Positions 46,455 to 56,556 of a DNA stretch of 64,000 nt are shown in pieces. Where the stretch lies: contig JAPLIS010000021.1 in the NCBI GenBank assembly GCA_026388985.1, positions 15,266 through 79,265 on the forward strand, given 5' to 3'. The stretch comes from Candidatus Babelota bacterium (GTDB taxonomy: Bacteria > Babelota > Babeliae > Babelales > Vermiphilaceae). The position numbers were made by a program, and so were the translations under genes. How positions within the stretch are numbered: the first letter of the stretch is position 1; each line of letters begins with the position of its first letter. The notes under the pieces were generated by a model. The model ran no database searches, had not been told where the DNA came from, and worked only from the letters and a program-made list of their open reading frames with translations.

Positions 46455-47123
46455 TTACGCTGCCGCTGATACCTTGCCTGCATTAGACGCAACTACTGTT
46501 TCAGTTTTAGCTGATTTGTTTTTAGCCACTTGTATGCGATAATCCTTATCCATCTCTTTGACTACCGATTGGGTAATATTTAATGAAGGGTTAACATATA
46601 ACACACGACCTGTTACTGTATCAACCACCGCATCAAGTTTTTCTTTTTTAGCAACTTCTACTACCGCTTTTTCCATATCCTGAGCCAACTCTTCAGTTGT
46701 CTTTTGCATAGCAAGCTTCATTTCATATTCGCTTTCTTGCAACTTGGTATCATACTCAGTTTTCATTTTTCTCAATTTTTTTTCTTCATTTTCACGCGCA
46801 GACGCACTCAAGGTTGAAGCTTTACTTTGAAATTCTGTCATTTTTTGAGTTATTTTTTGTTCATCTTCTTGAATTGCTTTACTTAACTGTTCACGCGTTT
46901 TTTCAAGAGTTTTACCGCACTCAACACCCTGTTCACATTGACGCATAGTATCAAAAGATTCAACAAACCGAATTTTCAAGTCAGTTTTGCCATCGGCAAT
47001 CAAATTGGTTATATTTTTAGATTGTACGTCTTTGCTTTTAGACGCCTCAGAAGCACCAACAATCATACACCCTGTCCCTAAAACCATTACCATTACTATT
47101 AACAAGTTATTCTTAGTATTCAT
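46455..47123 (-). CDS. OmpH/Skp-like periplasmic chaperone
   Basis: 222 aa. Signal peptide, long charged coiled-coil arm (QLSKAIQEDEQKITQKMTEFQSKASTLSASARENEEKKLRKMKTEYD...). C-terminal ...VAKKEKLDAVVDTVTGRVLYVNPSLNITQSVVKEMD is typical of the Skp family end. AGGAG RBS. Confidence 0.6.
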   Translation of the reverse strand: MNTKNNLLIVMVMVLGTGCMIVGASEASKSKDVQSKNITNLIADGKTDLKIRFVESFDTMRQCEQGVECGKTLEKTREQLSKAIQEDEQKITQKMTEFQSKASTLSASARENEEKKLRKMKTEYDTKLQESEYEMKLAMQKTTEELAQDMEKAVVEVAKKEKLDAVVDTVTGRVLYVNPSLNITQSVVKEMDKDYRIQVAKNKSAKTETVVASNAGKVSAAA

Positions 47124-47193
47124 ACACGATCTCCTGTTGTTATATATAAAAAACCACTAAAATCAATCTAACTTTTTTAAAAAATTAGTCAAT

Positions 47194-47583
47194 CTATCCA
47201 GCAGAAAGCAGCACCATTGCGGTGGCCACTGAATCTGTATGAGTAAGGGATATAAAAACCTGTATAGATTGATGAGATAGAGCTGGAAACATGCTCCAAT
47301 CTACCTGCAACTCAGGAACTCCGCGACTGCTATTAATTACTTTCACGTTTTTACACATAGTTAAAAAAGATATGTGTTGATTGTTGCTCTGCCCCAACGC
47401 CTTAAAAAATGCTTCTCGGGCAGCAAAACGCACTGCAAACCGTTGTGCACTGTTAACAGGAACAGCCAAACAGTAATCAATCTCTTGCGCAGAAAAAATA
47501 CGCTCTAATTGCTTACGAGAAAACGTATGCCACTGCGCAAAGCGACTACTATCTACTGAATCTATACCAATACCTAGTATCAT
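47194..47583 (-). CDS. acpS: Holo-[acyl-carrier-protein] synthase
   Basis: 129 aa. N-terminal MILGIGIDSVDSSRF (GiGiDiveI.R pattern). FAAREAFFKALG. C-terminal ISLTHTDSVATAMVLL. Confidence 0.8.
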   Translation of the reverse strand: MILGIGIDSVDSSRFAQWHTFSRKQLERIFSAQEIDYCLAVPVNSAQRFAVRFAAREAFFKALGQSNNQHISFLTMCKNVKVINSSRGVPELQVDWSMFPALSHQSIQVFISLTHTDSVATAMVLLSAG

Positions 47584-47602
47584 TACTTAATTGGCTCTTA
47601 GT

Positions 47603-48247
47603 TTAATTAATGCGTTTTTGGGCATGCAACATAACAATAACAGAGATACTGAGTAAAGCAGAAAAAAAGCACCACACTGAAACGAATACATGATAATAAA
47701 AAAAATAACTTATCGCATAAGACAAGGCAAATAGCACACCAAAAATACGCGCATAAGGCAGGCGAGAAATAAAAAAGGGCACTATAGTTGCACACAGATA
47801 AAGCAGAGAACTTATATATATATTAGCTGTCGCAAGTGGTAAGAAATAACGAATATGACAATTAAACATAGTTACGGCCATATCATAACGCACAAGCCCT
47901 GCAGCTAAATAAGCTGAAACGAATGCCCCAACAATCACCATTGCACCTATCATCCATGAAGAGCGATCGTCTTTTTCCATACAATATACCGACAATGGTA
48001 TCCATACAGGCCACACAATAAACGCGAATAATAAAAAAGTATACATGGCACTGGTGCGCCAGGGTTCAAATGCAGCATGAGTAAATGAAAGCCAAACAAT
48101 ACCTTCAGCGGCCTGCTGAATGGCAAACAAGAATGGAATTGATGCTAATAAAAATTGATTTTTATGTTTCATGTGCGTGTAAGCAACAATGCCCATTACC
48201 CCCAATACACTACTCGCCGTAAAGCTTGCAGTTGCTGAAAAACACAT
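47603..48247 (-). CDS. Polytopic membrane protein, unknown function
   Basis: 214 aa with about 6 TM segments. The start is MCFSATASFTASSVLG. No catalytic motif recognised. Confidence 0.45.
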   Translation of the reverse strand: MCFSATASFTASSVLGVMGIVAYTHMKHKNQFLLASIPFLFAIQQAAEGIVWLSFTHAAFEPWRTSAMYTFLLFAFIVWPVWIPLSVYCMEKDDRSSWMIGAMVIVGAFVSAYLAAGLVRYDMAVTMFNCHIRYFLPLATANIYISSLLYLCATIVPFFISRLPYARIFGVLFALSYAISYFFYYHVFVSVWCFFSALLSISVIVMLHAQKRIN

Positions 48248-48349
48248 ATGCTCTCCTTTTCTGATTAAACAGACACTTGCATCACCTATAGTACTATATC
48301 TACTCTTTTTATTCTCTTGTTTTTATTAACTATGCCTACTACAAAACCA

Positions 48350-49894
48350 TTAGCCACGCTGCTGCTCTACGTGTTGATCAAGAGACCTATACAATATTGC
48401 TTCACGAATATGCACCGCATCAATAACAGCCGCCTCTTCTAAATCCGCAATGGTGCGGGCAACCTTTAGCACTTTATGATAGCCACGCATACTGAGACGC
48501 AACTTATCAAAAGCTCTTTTTAATATAGCTTCTGCAGAAGGAGTAAGTACACAAAATTGTTCAATTTCATCTGGCGTCATAGTACTATTAAACTTTCTTG
48601 CAGAACCAAAACGTTTAAATTGCATATCTAAACCCTGCTGTACGCGAGCAAACATTTCAGCTGATGATTCTGATTCTTGTTGTGCATTTTTAATCGTGTC
48701 ATACTCAATAGATTGCACACTAATTTGCAAGTCAATGCGATCAAGCAAAGGCCCTGATAATTTTGCAGCATAACGTTCAACCTGTTCAGTAGTACACGTA
48801 CACAGTCTATTTTTGTCACCAAAAAAACCACAAGGACATGGATTTAAAGCTGCAACTAATAAAAATGATGCGGGAAAACTAATAGATTGATGCACGCGCG
48901 CAATATGGACCATTTGACTTTCAAGCGGTTGCCGCAATGATTCAAGAGTATCACGCTTAAATTCAGTGAGTTCATCCAAAAATAAAATACCATGATGAGA
49001 TAAGCTAATTTCTCCTGGTTGAGGATAAGTCCCACCCCCAATTAAACCAGCCTGAGAAATAGTATGATGTGGTGCTCTAAACGGACGTTGCGTAATTAAT
49101 GCCTGTCCATCAAGCTTACCACACACAGAATAAAGTTTTGTTGTTTCAAGAACCTCTTCAAAACTCATTTTTGGCATAATGGTTGGCAATCTTTTTGCCA
49201 ACATCGTTTTACCCGATCCAGGTGAACCTATAAAAAGAATATTATGCCTACCCGCTGCAGTAATCTGCAAAGCTCGTTTTGCCTGACTTTGTCCCTTAAC
49301 TTGTGCAAAATCTACCCCAAAAGAGTGTGCGGCCTCAACCAATTTATTAAAATCACCCCGCGTTGGTTCTATGGTGATTTCACCACGCATGTAGGCAACA
49401 AGCTCAGTTAAATGGTCAACACCAACAACTTCAACTCCTTCTATCAAAGAGACTTCCGGCGCATTAGCTTTAGGCAAAATAATACGTTTAATATTATTAC
49501 TTTGCGCATCATAGGCAATTGCTAACGCCCCTTTGACAAAACGAATGCTGCCATCAAGAGAAAGTTCACCTAAAAAAAGGGTCTCTTTGCGGATTTGTTC
49601 AGTAATTTCTAACATACCCATCGACATTAAAATGCCAATAGCTATCGGCAAATCAAATAACGTACCTTCTTTTTTTAAATCAGCAGGAGCTAAGTTAACC
49701 GTTATTTTTTTATTGGGTAACCGAAAGCCACTATTTTTTAATGCACTTAAAATACGCTTGCTGCTTTCTCTAATAGCCGCATCTGGCAAGCCAACAATAT
49801 AAAAGTTGACCATGCCAAAAGCTGCATCCACTTCTACTTGCACAATACGTGCATTAACCCCAACCGTTGTGGCCGACAAAATATGTGCATACAT
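48350..49894 (-). CDS. comM: YifB/ComM-family Mg-chelatase-like AAA+ ATPase
   Basis: 514 aa. N-terminal Lon-like domain (MYAHILSATTVGVNARIVQVEVD). Walker A GSPGSGKTM. Walker B ILFLDELTEF. C-terminal ChlI-like region. Confidence 0.85.
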   Translation of the reverse strand: MYAHILSATTVGVNARIVQVEVDAAFGMVNFYIVGLPDAAIRESSKRILSALKNSGFRLPNKKITVNLAPADLKKEGTLFDLPIAIGILMSMGMLEITEQIRKETLFLGELSLDGSIRFVKGALAIAYDAQSNNIKRIILPKANAPEVSLIEGVEVVGVDHLTELVAYMRGEITIEPTRGDFNKLVEAAHSFGVDFAQVKGQSQAKRALQITAAGRHNILFIGSPGSGKTMLAKRLPTIMPKMSFEEVLETTKLYSVCGKLDGQALITQRPFRAPHHTISQAGLIGGGTYPQPGEISLSHHGILFLDELTEFKRDTLESLRQPLESQMVHIARVHQSISFPASFLLVAALNPCPCGFFGDKNRLCTCTTEQVERYAAKLSGPLLDRIDLQISVQSIEYDTIKNAQQESESSAEMFARVQQGLDMQFKRFGSARKFNSTMTPDEIEQFCVLTPSAEAILKRAFDKLRLSMRGYHKVLKVARTIADLEEAAVIDAVHIREAILYRSLDQHVEQQRG

Positions 49895-49950
49895 TATAAC
49901 TTAACTCTTCACGTGCTTGAGGGTCTTTAATTTAAACATATAATCTACTA

Positions 49951-50044
49951 CTTCTTAGCTTGAGCTCTTAGCTCTATTGCTTAGTTTTAGGTCTTAGCTC
50001 TATTGCTTAGCTTTAGTTCTTAGTTCTATTTCTTAGTTTGAGCT
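49951..50044. repeat. About 3.6 tandem copies of a 26-nt unit between the ankyrin gene stop and the comM start
   Basis: Units are cttagctctattgcttagttttaggt (49967-49992), cttagctctattgcttagctttagtt (49993-50018) and cttagttctatttcttagtttgagct (50019-50044), plus a partial unit at 49951-49966. Confidence 0.8.
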
Positions 50045-51223
50045 TTTCTTATTAAAACCAAGCTTCACTTTTGCCCATGCCATACTGCTGTATAATGGCC
50101 CGAATAAGCCGCCACGTGAACCTTGTAATGCCCACATAAATTCTTGCACGTCACATTCTTTTGCGATCATCAAAGCATCTACACCGTTATTGTCTTTAAG
50201 GGTAACATCAGCCCCGGCATTAATAAGAATAGCTATGAACTCTAAGACGTTATCTTGTACTTGTTTTAATAATCTATTTTTTGCTTCTTGATTTTCAGGC
50301 TTACTAAAAAAAGGATGCTTTGGATCATTCAATAATCTAATAGTATTCAAAGCTATATAGCCGCCATGTATTAAAACTGTTTTGCCATATTTATTTTGTG
50401 CATTAACATTTGCTTTATTATCAATAAGATATTTCATAATAACAGGCGAAATACAACCTAATATAAGTGGTGTATGGCCAGAAGCATTTTCACTATTAAC
50501 ATCCGCCCCTGCTTGCACAAGAGTTTTCACCGTTTCCATAATTTTACTTGTATCTTGACCAGAACTTTCATGTAACGCATATAATAAAGCGGTGCTGCCA
50601 TTCTTATCTTTTATATTGACACCACTAGTGCTAACCATCACAAGCTCTTTTGCTACTTCACTATAGCCAAACAATGAGGCTAGCATCAGAGCGGTCACTC
50701 CATTCTTTTCATCTTTGACATTAACATCAGCGCCCGCCTTAATAAGTTCTTTCACTGTTTCCATAATTTTATTTGTATCTTGCCCAGATATAACGACCCT
50801 CTGATATAATGCGTATAATAAAGCGGTGCTGCCATTCTCATCTGTTATATTCACACAACTAGGACTAACGCGTAAAAGCTCCTTTACAACTTCACTATTG
50901 CTAAAAAATGACGCCACCATAAGAGCCGTGGCTCCATCCTTTTCATCTTTAGCATTAACATCAGCGCCCCCCTTAATAAATTCTTTCACTTTTTCTAAAG
51001 AGCAGCTATTACCCTTGGCAACTTCCTGAATAAGCAGCCCAGAAACATCTAAAATTTGAGGCGCTTGAACAACTGGTGCTTTAACCGCGGGCACTTTAGC
51101 AACTGCTACTTTTTTGACTCCCTGGACTTTGACTTTCGGCTTAGCCGCCATGCAAAAGTTTATACCCCCCAAAATAACAACAAATAAAGATGCACGTAAA
51201 AATCGAGTACTTATACCATTCAT
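50033..51223 (-). CDS. Secreted ankyrin-repeat protein
   Basis: GGAGG RBS before ATG 51223 (ORF track 51247). Signal MNGISTRFLRASLFVVILGGINFCMA. Lys/Val/Ala/Pro-rich spacer. Multiple ANK repeats (GADVNAKDEKDGATALMVASFFSNSEVVKELL...). Confidence 0.8.
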   Translation of the reverse strand: MNGISTRFLRASLFVVILGGINFCMAAKPKVKVQGVKKVAVAKVPAVKAPVVQAPQILDVSGLLIQEVAKGNSCSLEKVKEFIKGGADVNAKDEKDGATALMVASFFSNSEVVKELLRVSPSCVNITDENGSTALLYALYQRVVISGQDTNKIMETVKELIKAGADVNVKDEKNGVTALMLASLFGYSEVAKELVMVSTSGVNIKDKNGSTALLYALHESSGQDTSKIMETVKTLVQAGADVNSENASGHTPLILGCISPVIMKYLIDNKANVNAQNKYGKTVLIHGGYIALNTIRLLNDPKHPFFSKPENQEAKNRLLKQVQDNVLEFIAILINAGADVTLKDNNGVDALMIAKECDVQEFMWALQGSRGGLFGPLYSSMAWAKVKLGFNKKSSN

Positions 51224-51512
51224 AATAACCTCCACTATAACAACCATTTAGTAACCCATAACTTCACACTTTAATTTCAGCCTATCTGCAACCTACTCAC
51301 CACATAACCACAAGCAATTAAATTCAAAGAGAAAATATATCAAAATAACAAAATAATATACTTACTAAATAATACCACGAATTGCCGTCTTTTAAAATAG
51401 GTAATATTGACTGTGGCAGTTTTTATAAATCCTCGTAAACTAGTGCTGTAGTGACATCTGTATGTTCATTTGTCAGTAAAAATCTATTATTATGCATAAA
51501 AAGGATGCTCTA

Positions 51513-54233
51513 ATGATACCCGCACGCACCATCAAAACACTCATTTTTACCGCATGTTTTTTATCTTTTAGCTTCGGGATAGCCAGCACTATTGTGCCAG
51601 GCAACCAGGGAAATCCTAGCTTTTCTTTTCCCCTTAAGGCTCATATTGCCGGCCCTTCAGAAGGCACCTTATATGTAGGGGCAGACACACCAGGAGCACA
51701 GGAATTCGCCATTTCAATGCTGTCAAAAAAAGAAAACGTATTTGTTGGTATTACCCCTGAAACAATTACCCTTAATAATATCAAAGATCAACCAAATCCT
51801 CTCTTTAACACTCAGATAAAACTGTTGTCACTCATAGAACTACCCGTATTTAAACCCAATGGCCCTTCCACAGAACAGCTTGTAGTTGCAGTGCCAACTG
51901 CAAACACGAAATCCCTGTATCTTTTTGATAATAACTATAAATCACTACTCAGTATTCCTCAGATTCCTGACACCTCTATTAACCCCTTACAAGAAACATC
52001 TGGTATTGTGCAGATAGCCACAACCCCCCAAGGGCTTGTCTTTGCTGCCATTAAACCATCTGCTGAGGGCTCTACTTTTGGAGATATCGGAAGTGGGGTC
52101 GCGCTGGCACTATTTACCAATGGCCTGCCACGCACCTTTATGTTGCTCAATGCAACATCTCAACCAAACACATCACCAGTGTTAGCCCTTGATATTAATA
52201 CTAAACAATTAATAATCGATTATAACAACAATGGCGGTACTTTAGCTGCCATACTTAACAATGCAGCAACAATGCATTGGAACGATAGGTTAAAGCGTTT
52301 ATTTATAGGTTTACAGGTACGCGCTGGTGCCAATGCCGGTGCCCGCTCCCTTATAGTTGCGCATGCAGATAACGGCAAACTAACATTTGAAACTATAGCT
52401 CCTGACAGTGTATTTAATGGTGGCGACAATAAGATTATTGGTTCTTTAGCCCCCAACGCAACTACCTCTATCTATGAAGTTACCTCACAGCTTACTTCAA
52501 CCTCAAAAGATTATTTACTAGTGCGTGGCGACACTGGCACTGGCCCTGAAGCACGCAATAGCGTGTATGCATTACCGTTAGTGAGCTATCATGAAAACAA
52601 AGCACTTGTTGGCACTATTGCTGCAAAAAATATGCCCTCACAGCAAGAACCCGCAACAACTCCTGAACAAATGACCATTAATACTGATCCTGCTGCGCAA
52701 GTGGGCGGCGGATCTTTAGCTGCAAGGTTAGGTATAATTTCTGAAATTAGGGTAGTTAACGATACGGTATTTGCAGCAACCACAGAAAACAATGGCGTTG
52801 GTGGCGGTGTCTTTTATTCACAAGCACTCTTTGACAACAATGGCATGATCAAACGCTGGACACAATGGCAACGATACGCAGGCTTAACAGAATCTACTAT
52901 TGGTGTGGCGATTGATCAATACTCGGGAAATGTAACTACACTAGCAAGCACCAATAGTGATTCTACAATAAGCCATACCCAATGGGGTAAAGGTTCTCCC
53001 GATAAAACAGGACCTTTAATAAGCGCCATTGGCCCGGTTGAACAGCTATTTGATTTTCCTGCACTTGTTACCCCAGGACTAAACATAATTTCAGTTCTTG
53101 CCGCTACCTATAGCGATCAAATAACGATTGCTCAAACTGGTACCATTAGTAATGGACTCATACTACCGACTCTTGGTGATGCCTTTGCTTCTAAAACTTT
53201 TGATAATGGCACCATACCTGAAAACCTAGGAACTAACTCAACACTAGTAACTATTAAAGGGGGCGTTCTTTCAGACATAAGCCCACTTACCCACGTTGCC
53301 ATGGGCAAATCGGGCTCTAACGGATGGCTCTTTGTTGGGGGAACCAATGGGTTAGCCGTTCTTTCAACAACAAATAATGCTGGATGGACTAATCTTAGGC
53401 AAGGCTTTGATGGCTTAACAGCAGGCATGTCTTTTAAACAATTAGGCACCTATACATTTATAAAAAAATTGGTTATTGATGGTGATTATCTCTACGTGCT
53501 CACCGATACATCACTGGATCGTATTGTCATTAATACAGACAACTTAAGCTCCGACAGAGTTGAAATCACTCAGCTTGCCAATGCCAACCAAGCACCTTTT
53601 GCCGCTTCATGTTCATTTTTTAATGATCTTATAGTTTCAGATAAACTCTCACTTATTGCAACAAGCAATGGGTTATACCGTGTTGGCAATAATAACGATA
53701 TTTCAAAAGCAACTGACAGCAAAAGTGTTGACTGGACAGCTGTTGAAATCCCTGAAAATTTTGCAGGCCCGGTTACTCATCTGTATGCAAAAAGTGGCTC
53801 GGGCCGCGACCAAGATGTAGCTCGTAATAACTTTGATGGACAGCTTTATGTGCTCAGCGCAGATCGTAGCAGAAACAGAGCACAAATAAATCGCTTTACC
53901 ATTGCAGCGGTCAGTGGCCCTACTATCATTGATGATCAAACCGTACAGCCATTACCCGATTTTTTTAGGAACACAGCAGCTGAGCCACATACAAAAATAC
54001 TTTCTTATTCTTATAACTTTGGAGAATTTAGAGATCTTTTTGCCACCGATGGAGCTTTAAATTTCAATGCTCGAGCAGCAGAATTTTCTGTACCTGCTAA
54101 CCTGCAAATTGCACCTCATAGATTGATTAGCTCTGGTATAAGTGCAGGTAACAACATTCCATCAATGATACAAAACAGCTCTTTAGGTACCTGGCTTATC
54201 GGAAATGAAAAAGGCGTATATACTAACGAATAG
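51513..54233 (+). CDS. Large secreted protein, possibly beta-propeller-like, unknown function
   Basis: About 906 aa. ATG 51513 follows AAAGGA and gives the signal MIPARTIKTLIFTACFLSFSFGIAS (ORF track 51492). Recurrent Gly/Thr/Asn-rich beta-strand-like segments (NGWLFVGGTNGLAVLST, DGDYLYVLTDTSLDRIVI, LIATSNGLYRVGNN). No assignable domain. Confidence 0.4.
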   Translation: MIPARTIKTLIFTACFLSFSFGIASTIVPGNQGNPSFSFPLKAHIAGPSEGTLYVGADTPGAQEFAISMLSKKENVFVGITPETITLNNIKDQPNPLFNTQIKLLSLIELPVFKPNGPSTEQLVVAVPTANTKSLYLFDNNYKSLLSIPQIPDTSINPLQETSGIVQIATTPQGLVFAAIKPSAEGSTFGDIGSGVALALFTNGLPRTFMLLNATSQPNTSPVLALDINTKQLIIDYNNNGGTLAAILNNAATMHWNDRLKRLFIGLQVRAGANAGARSLIVAHADNGKLTFETIAPDSVFNGGDNKIIGSLAPNATTSIYEVTSQLTSTSKDYLLVRGDTGTGPEARNSVYALPLVSYHENKALVGTIAAKNMPSQQEPATTPEQMTINTDPAAQVGGGSLAARLGIISEIRVVNDTVFAATTENNGVGGGVFYSQALFDNNGMIKRWTQWQRYAGLTESTIGVAIDQYSGNVTTLASTNSDSTISHTQWGKGSPDKTGPLISAIGPVEQLFDFPALVTPGLNIISVLAATYSDQITIAQTGTISNGLILPTLGDAFASKTFDNGTIPENLGTNSTLVTIKGGVLSDISPLTHVAMGKSGSNGWLFVGGTNGLAVLSTTNNAGWTNLRQGFDGLTAGMSFKQLGTYTFIKKLVIDGDYLYVLTDTSLDRIVINTDNLSSDRVEITQLANANQAPFAASCSFFNDLIVSDKLSLIATSNGLYRVGNNNDISKATDSKSVDWTAVEIPENFAGPVTHLYAKSGSGRDQDVARNNFDGQLYVLSADRSRNRAQINRFTIAAVSGPTIIDDQTVQPLPDFFRNTAAEPHTKILSYSYNFGEFRDLFATDGALNFNARAAEFSVPANLQIAPHRLISSGISAGNNIPSMIQNSSLGTWLIGNEKGVYTNE

Positions 54234-54286
54234 CCACCCATGAATAATAATTTAAAGACACAAATTGGCACACAAAGGCTTCGCTT

Positions 54287-55537
54287 ATGAACAGTACTAA
54301 AAACAGTATAAAAAAACTTTTATTTATGTGCATAGCCTATAATTCATCTATGCATGGCATGAATCTACTGCAGCCAGCTGAAACATTATTACGTCCTCCC
54401 TATGATAGACACTTAAACTATCATACCAACGTTTTTTTAGAAGGCGGATTTGGCTCAAAAAGCTTTAATCAAGACGGTTTAACTAGTAGTCCCTTGCATA
54501 TCTGGCAAACAGAACAAGATAGTATTGCAATGCTTAAAGGATTTAATCCTGCTAGCCCTATTGGCAGCCTAAGCAATCGCCTTAACGCTAATAATGATGG
54601 GATACGAGGACGATTTGCAGTATGCGGAGATCTTGATGTTCGCTGTGCTGCGGCATTTAATACTCGTTTTTTCTTTTTAGATAATTGGTTTGTAAGCATT
54701 CACTTACCTGCCTATCACATCAGATTAAAAAATGTACACTTTACCGATAAAACAGAAAACAACAATGATGCCGATGCTCGGGTAAAAGCCCTTCTTACTG
54801 ATAATTTTGCAGCCAATGTACGTCAGTTAGGGTGCCTTGATGTATCTGACTGGAGTAGATCTGGCGTTGGTGATCTGGCGCTATTGTTAAACTGGTATCG
54901 TGATTTTCCACAAGCAAAAGAAGTCCTCAAAAATGCGCGCATTAACTGGCGAGTTGGGTTAAGTATGCCAACGGGTAAACGAGCAGATCTTGATAAATTA
55001 TTTGCTTTACCCTTTGGTTATGATGGCGCCTATGCTGTGCCATTTGGCTTAGGACTTGATGTTATGCTTGGTTGCTACTTACAAACTGGTCTTGATGTGC
55101 AACTGACTCACATTTTTGGCGCTGTAGGTGAATATCGCATAAAAACTGATACCAATCAGACAGAGCTCCTTCTGTTACAAAAAACATGTGCCTATAAAGA
55201 TTATGGGCTTACCCAACGATTTAATCTGTACGTTGAAATGAATAAGTTCCTAAAAGGTTTTTCCTGCTTAGTAGGTTATCAATACTTAAAACACGGCACA
55301 GATCACTTAGCTCTGCGCACCAATGCCTTTTCTGACACAATAGCCAACACTGCCGAAAGCTTAAAGGACTGGACAGCTCATCATGCTATCATAAATGCAA
55401 GCTATGATTTTGCAGTGCACACGTGGCATAAAAAACATGCTCTACCCTATGTCTCGCTGTATGCACGTATTCCCTTTAATGGTAAAAGATTCACCGGCAA
55501 TAGAACCATCGGGTGCGTGATAGCTGTTGACTTTTAA
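54287..55537 (+). CDS. Putative outer-membrane beta-barrel protein
   Basis: 416 aa. N-terminal leader. Alternating hydrophobic pattern. The C-terminus ...IGCVIAVDF ends in Phe, as in the OMP beta-signal. It lies 53 nt after the large secreted protein gene. Confidence 0.4.
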   Translation: MNSTKNSIKKLLFMCIAYNSSMHGMNLLQPAETLLRPPYDRHLNYHTNVFLEGGFGSKSFNQDGLTSSPLHIWQTEQDSIAMLKGFNPASPIGSLSNRLNANNDGIRGRFAVCGDLDVRCAAAFNTRFFFLDNWFVSIHLPAYHIRLKNVHFTDKTENNNDADARVKALLTDNFAANVRQLGCLDVSDWSRSGVGDLALLLNWYRDFPQAKEVLKNARINWRVGLSMPTGKRADLDKLFALPFGYDGAYAVPFGLGLDVMLGCYLQTGLDVQLTHIFGAVGEYRIKTDTNQTELLLLQKTCAYKDYGLTQRFNLYVEMNKFLKGFSCLVGYQYLKHGTDHLALRTNAFSDTIANTAESLKDWTAHHAIINASYDFAVHTWHKKHALPYVSLYARIPFNGKRFTGNRTIGCVIAVDF

Positions 55538-55585
55538 GCACTGGCTATCATAAAAAATAAAAACTATAACTAAGGAATATATAGA

Positions 55586-56479
55586 ATGTTTTCATTTTTT
55601 AAAAACACCTTTAAAAAAATTTTCCAACAGGTTACTTCCAAGTTGACTGCCCTTTTTGGACGTACCCATATTGATGAGGATAGTCTAAAAGAACTCGAAA
55701 TATTGTTACTTTCTGCCGATACTGGCGTTAAAACTACCCGTTCAATTATAGCCTCACTGAAAGAACAGTGCCAACGCGGCAATTTGCAAAAAGGAGCTGA
55801 TTTAAAAATAGCGCTCAAAAAAGCTCTTCATACTATATTAACATCTGTGCCAAAACCAACACTAGATAGTCGCATTCATCTACTAGTCGGTATCAATGGC
55901 AGTGGAAAAACAACCTTCGCCGGCAAATTGGCTCATTACTACAAACAACACAATAAAAAAGTATTACTCATTGCCGCCGACACTTTTAGAGCTGCTGCAC
56001 CAGAGCAACTGACTCAATGGGCTCAACGAACTGGTGTGGACATTGTACTGGGCAAACCAAATCAAGATCCGGCATCGGTTGTTTTTACTGGATGCGAACA
56101 ATTTAAAAAAGAGCAATTTGATATTTTAATCATTGATACAGCGGGCCGCTTGCAAACAAAAGCTAACCTCATGAACGAATTAGCAAAAATAAAACGCACA
56201 ATCGATAAACAGCTGCCGGGTGAACCGATTAATGTTCTGCTTACTATTGATTCTATGTTAGGGCAAAACTCTTTTGAACAAGCTAAAATATTCAAAGAAA
56301 GCACCCATGTTAATGGCATTGTATTGACAAAAATGGATGGAACAGGCAAAGGAGGCATTGTTTTTGGCATAGCACAAGAACTTACTATTCCGGTTGCATA
56401 TGTTGCTTTTGGCGAACAAGCGAATCAATTTGCGCCTTTTGACCCTGAAAGCTATCTAGAAGAATTATTAAATTCTTAA
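55586..56479 (+). CDS. ftsY: Signal recognition particle receptor FtsY (short form, NG domain only)
   Basis: G1 GINGSGKTTFAGKLA. DTFRAAAPEQL. DTAGR. TKMDGTGKGG. 297 aa, no acidic A domain. TAAGGAA RBS. Confidence 0.9.
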   Translation: MFSFFKNTFKKIFQQVTSKLTALFGRTHIDEDSLKELEILLLSADTGVKTTRSIIASLKEQCQRGNLQKGADLKIALKKALHTILTSVPKPTLDSRIHLLVGINGSGKTTFAGKLAHYYKQHNKKVLLIAADTFRAAAPEQLTQWAQRTGVDIVLGKPNQDPASVVFTGCEQFKKEQFDILIIDTAGRLQTKANLMNELAKIKRTIDKQLPGEPINVLLTIDSMLGQNSFEQAKIFKESTHVNGIVLTKMDGTGKGGIVFGIAQELTIPVAYVAFGEQANQFAPFDPESYLEELLNS

Positions 56480-56556
56480 CTTTTTATAATCTTTCATTGT
56501 CTTGTATATGATTAATCTTTTATAGTTATAAAAGCATTAGTCACATAAAGGGTTTT

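Noticed and set aside
49951-50044. Possible CRISPR array (regular ~26-nt repeats).
   Set aside because: The repeats are directly adjacent with no unique spacers and are degenerate. There are only ~3.6 units and no cas genes in the window. It is a minisatellite.
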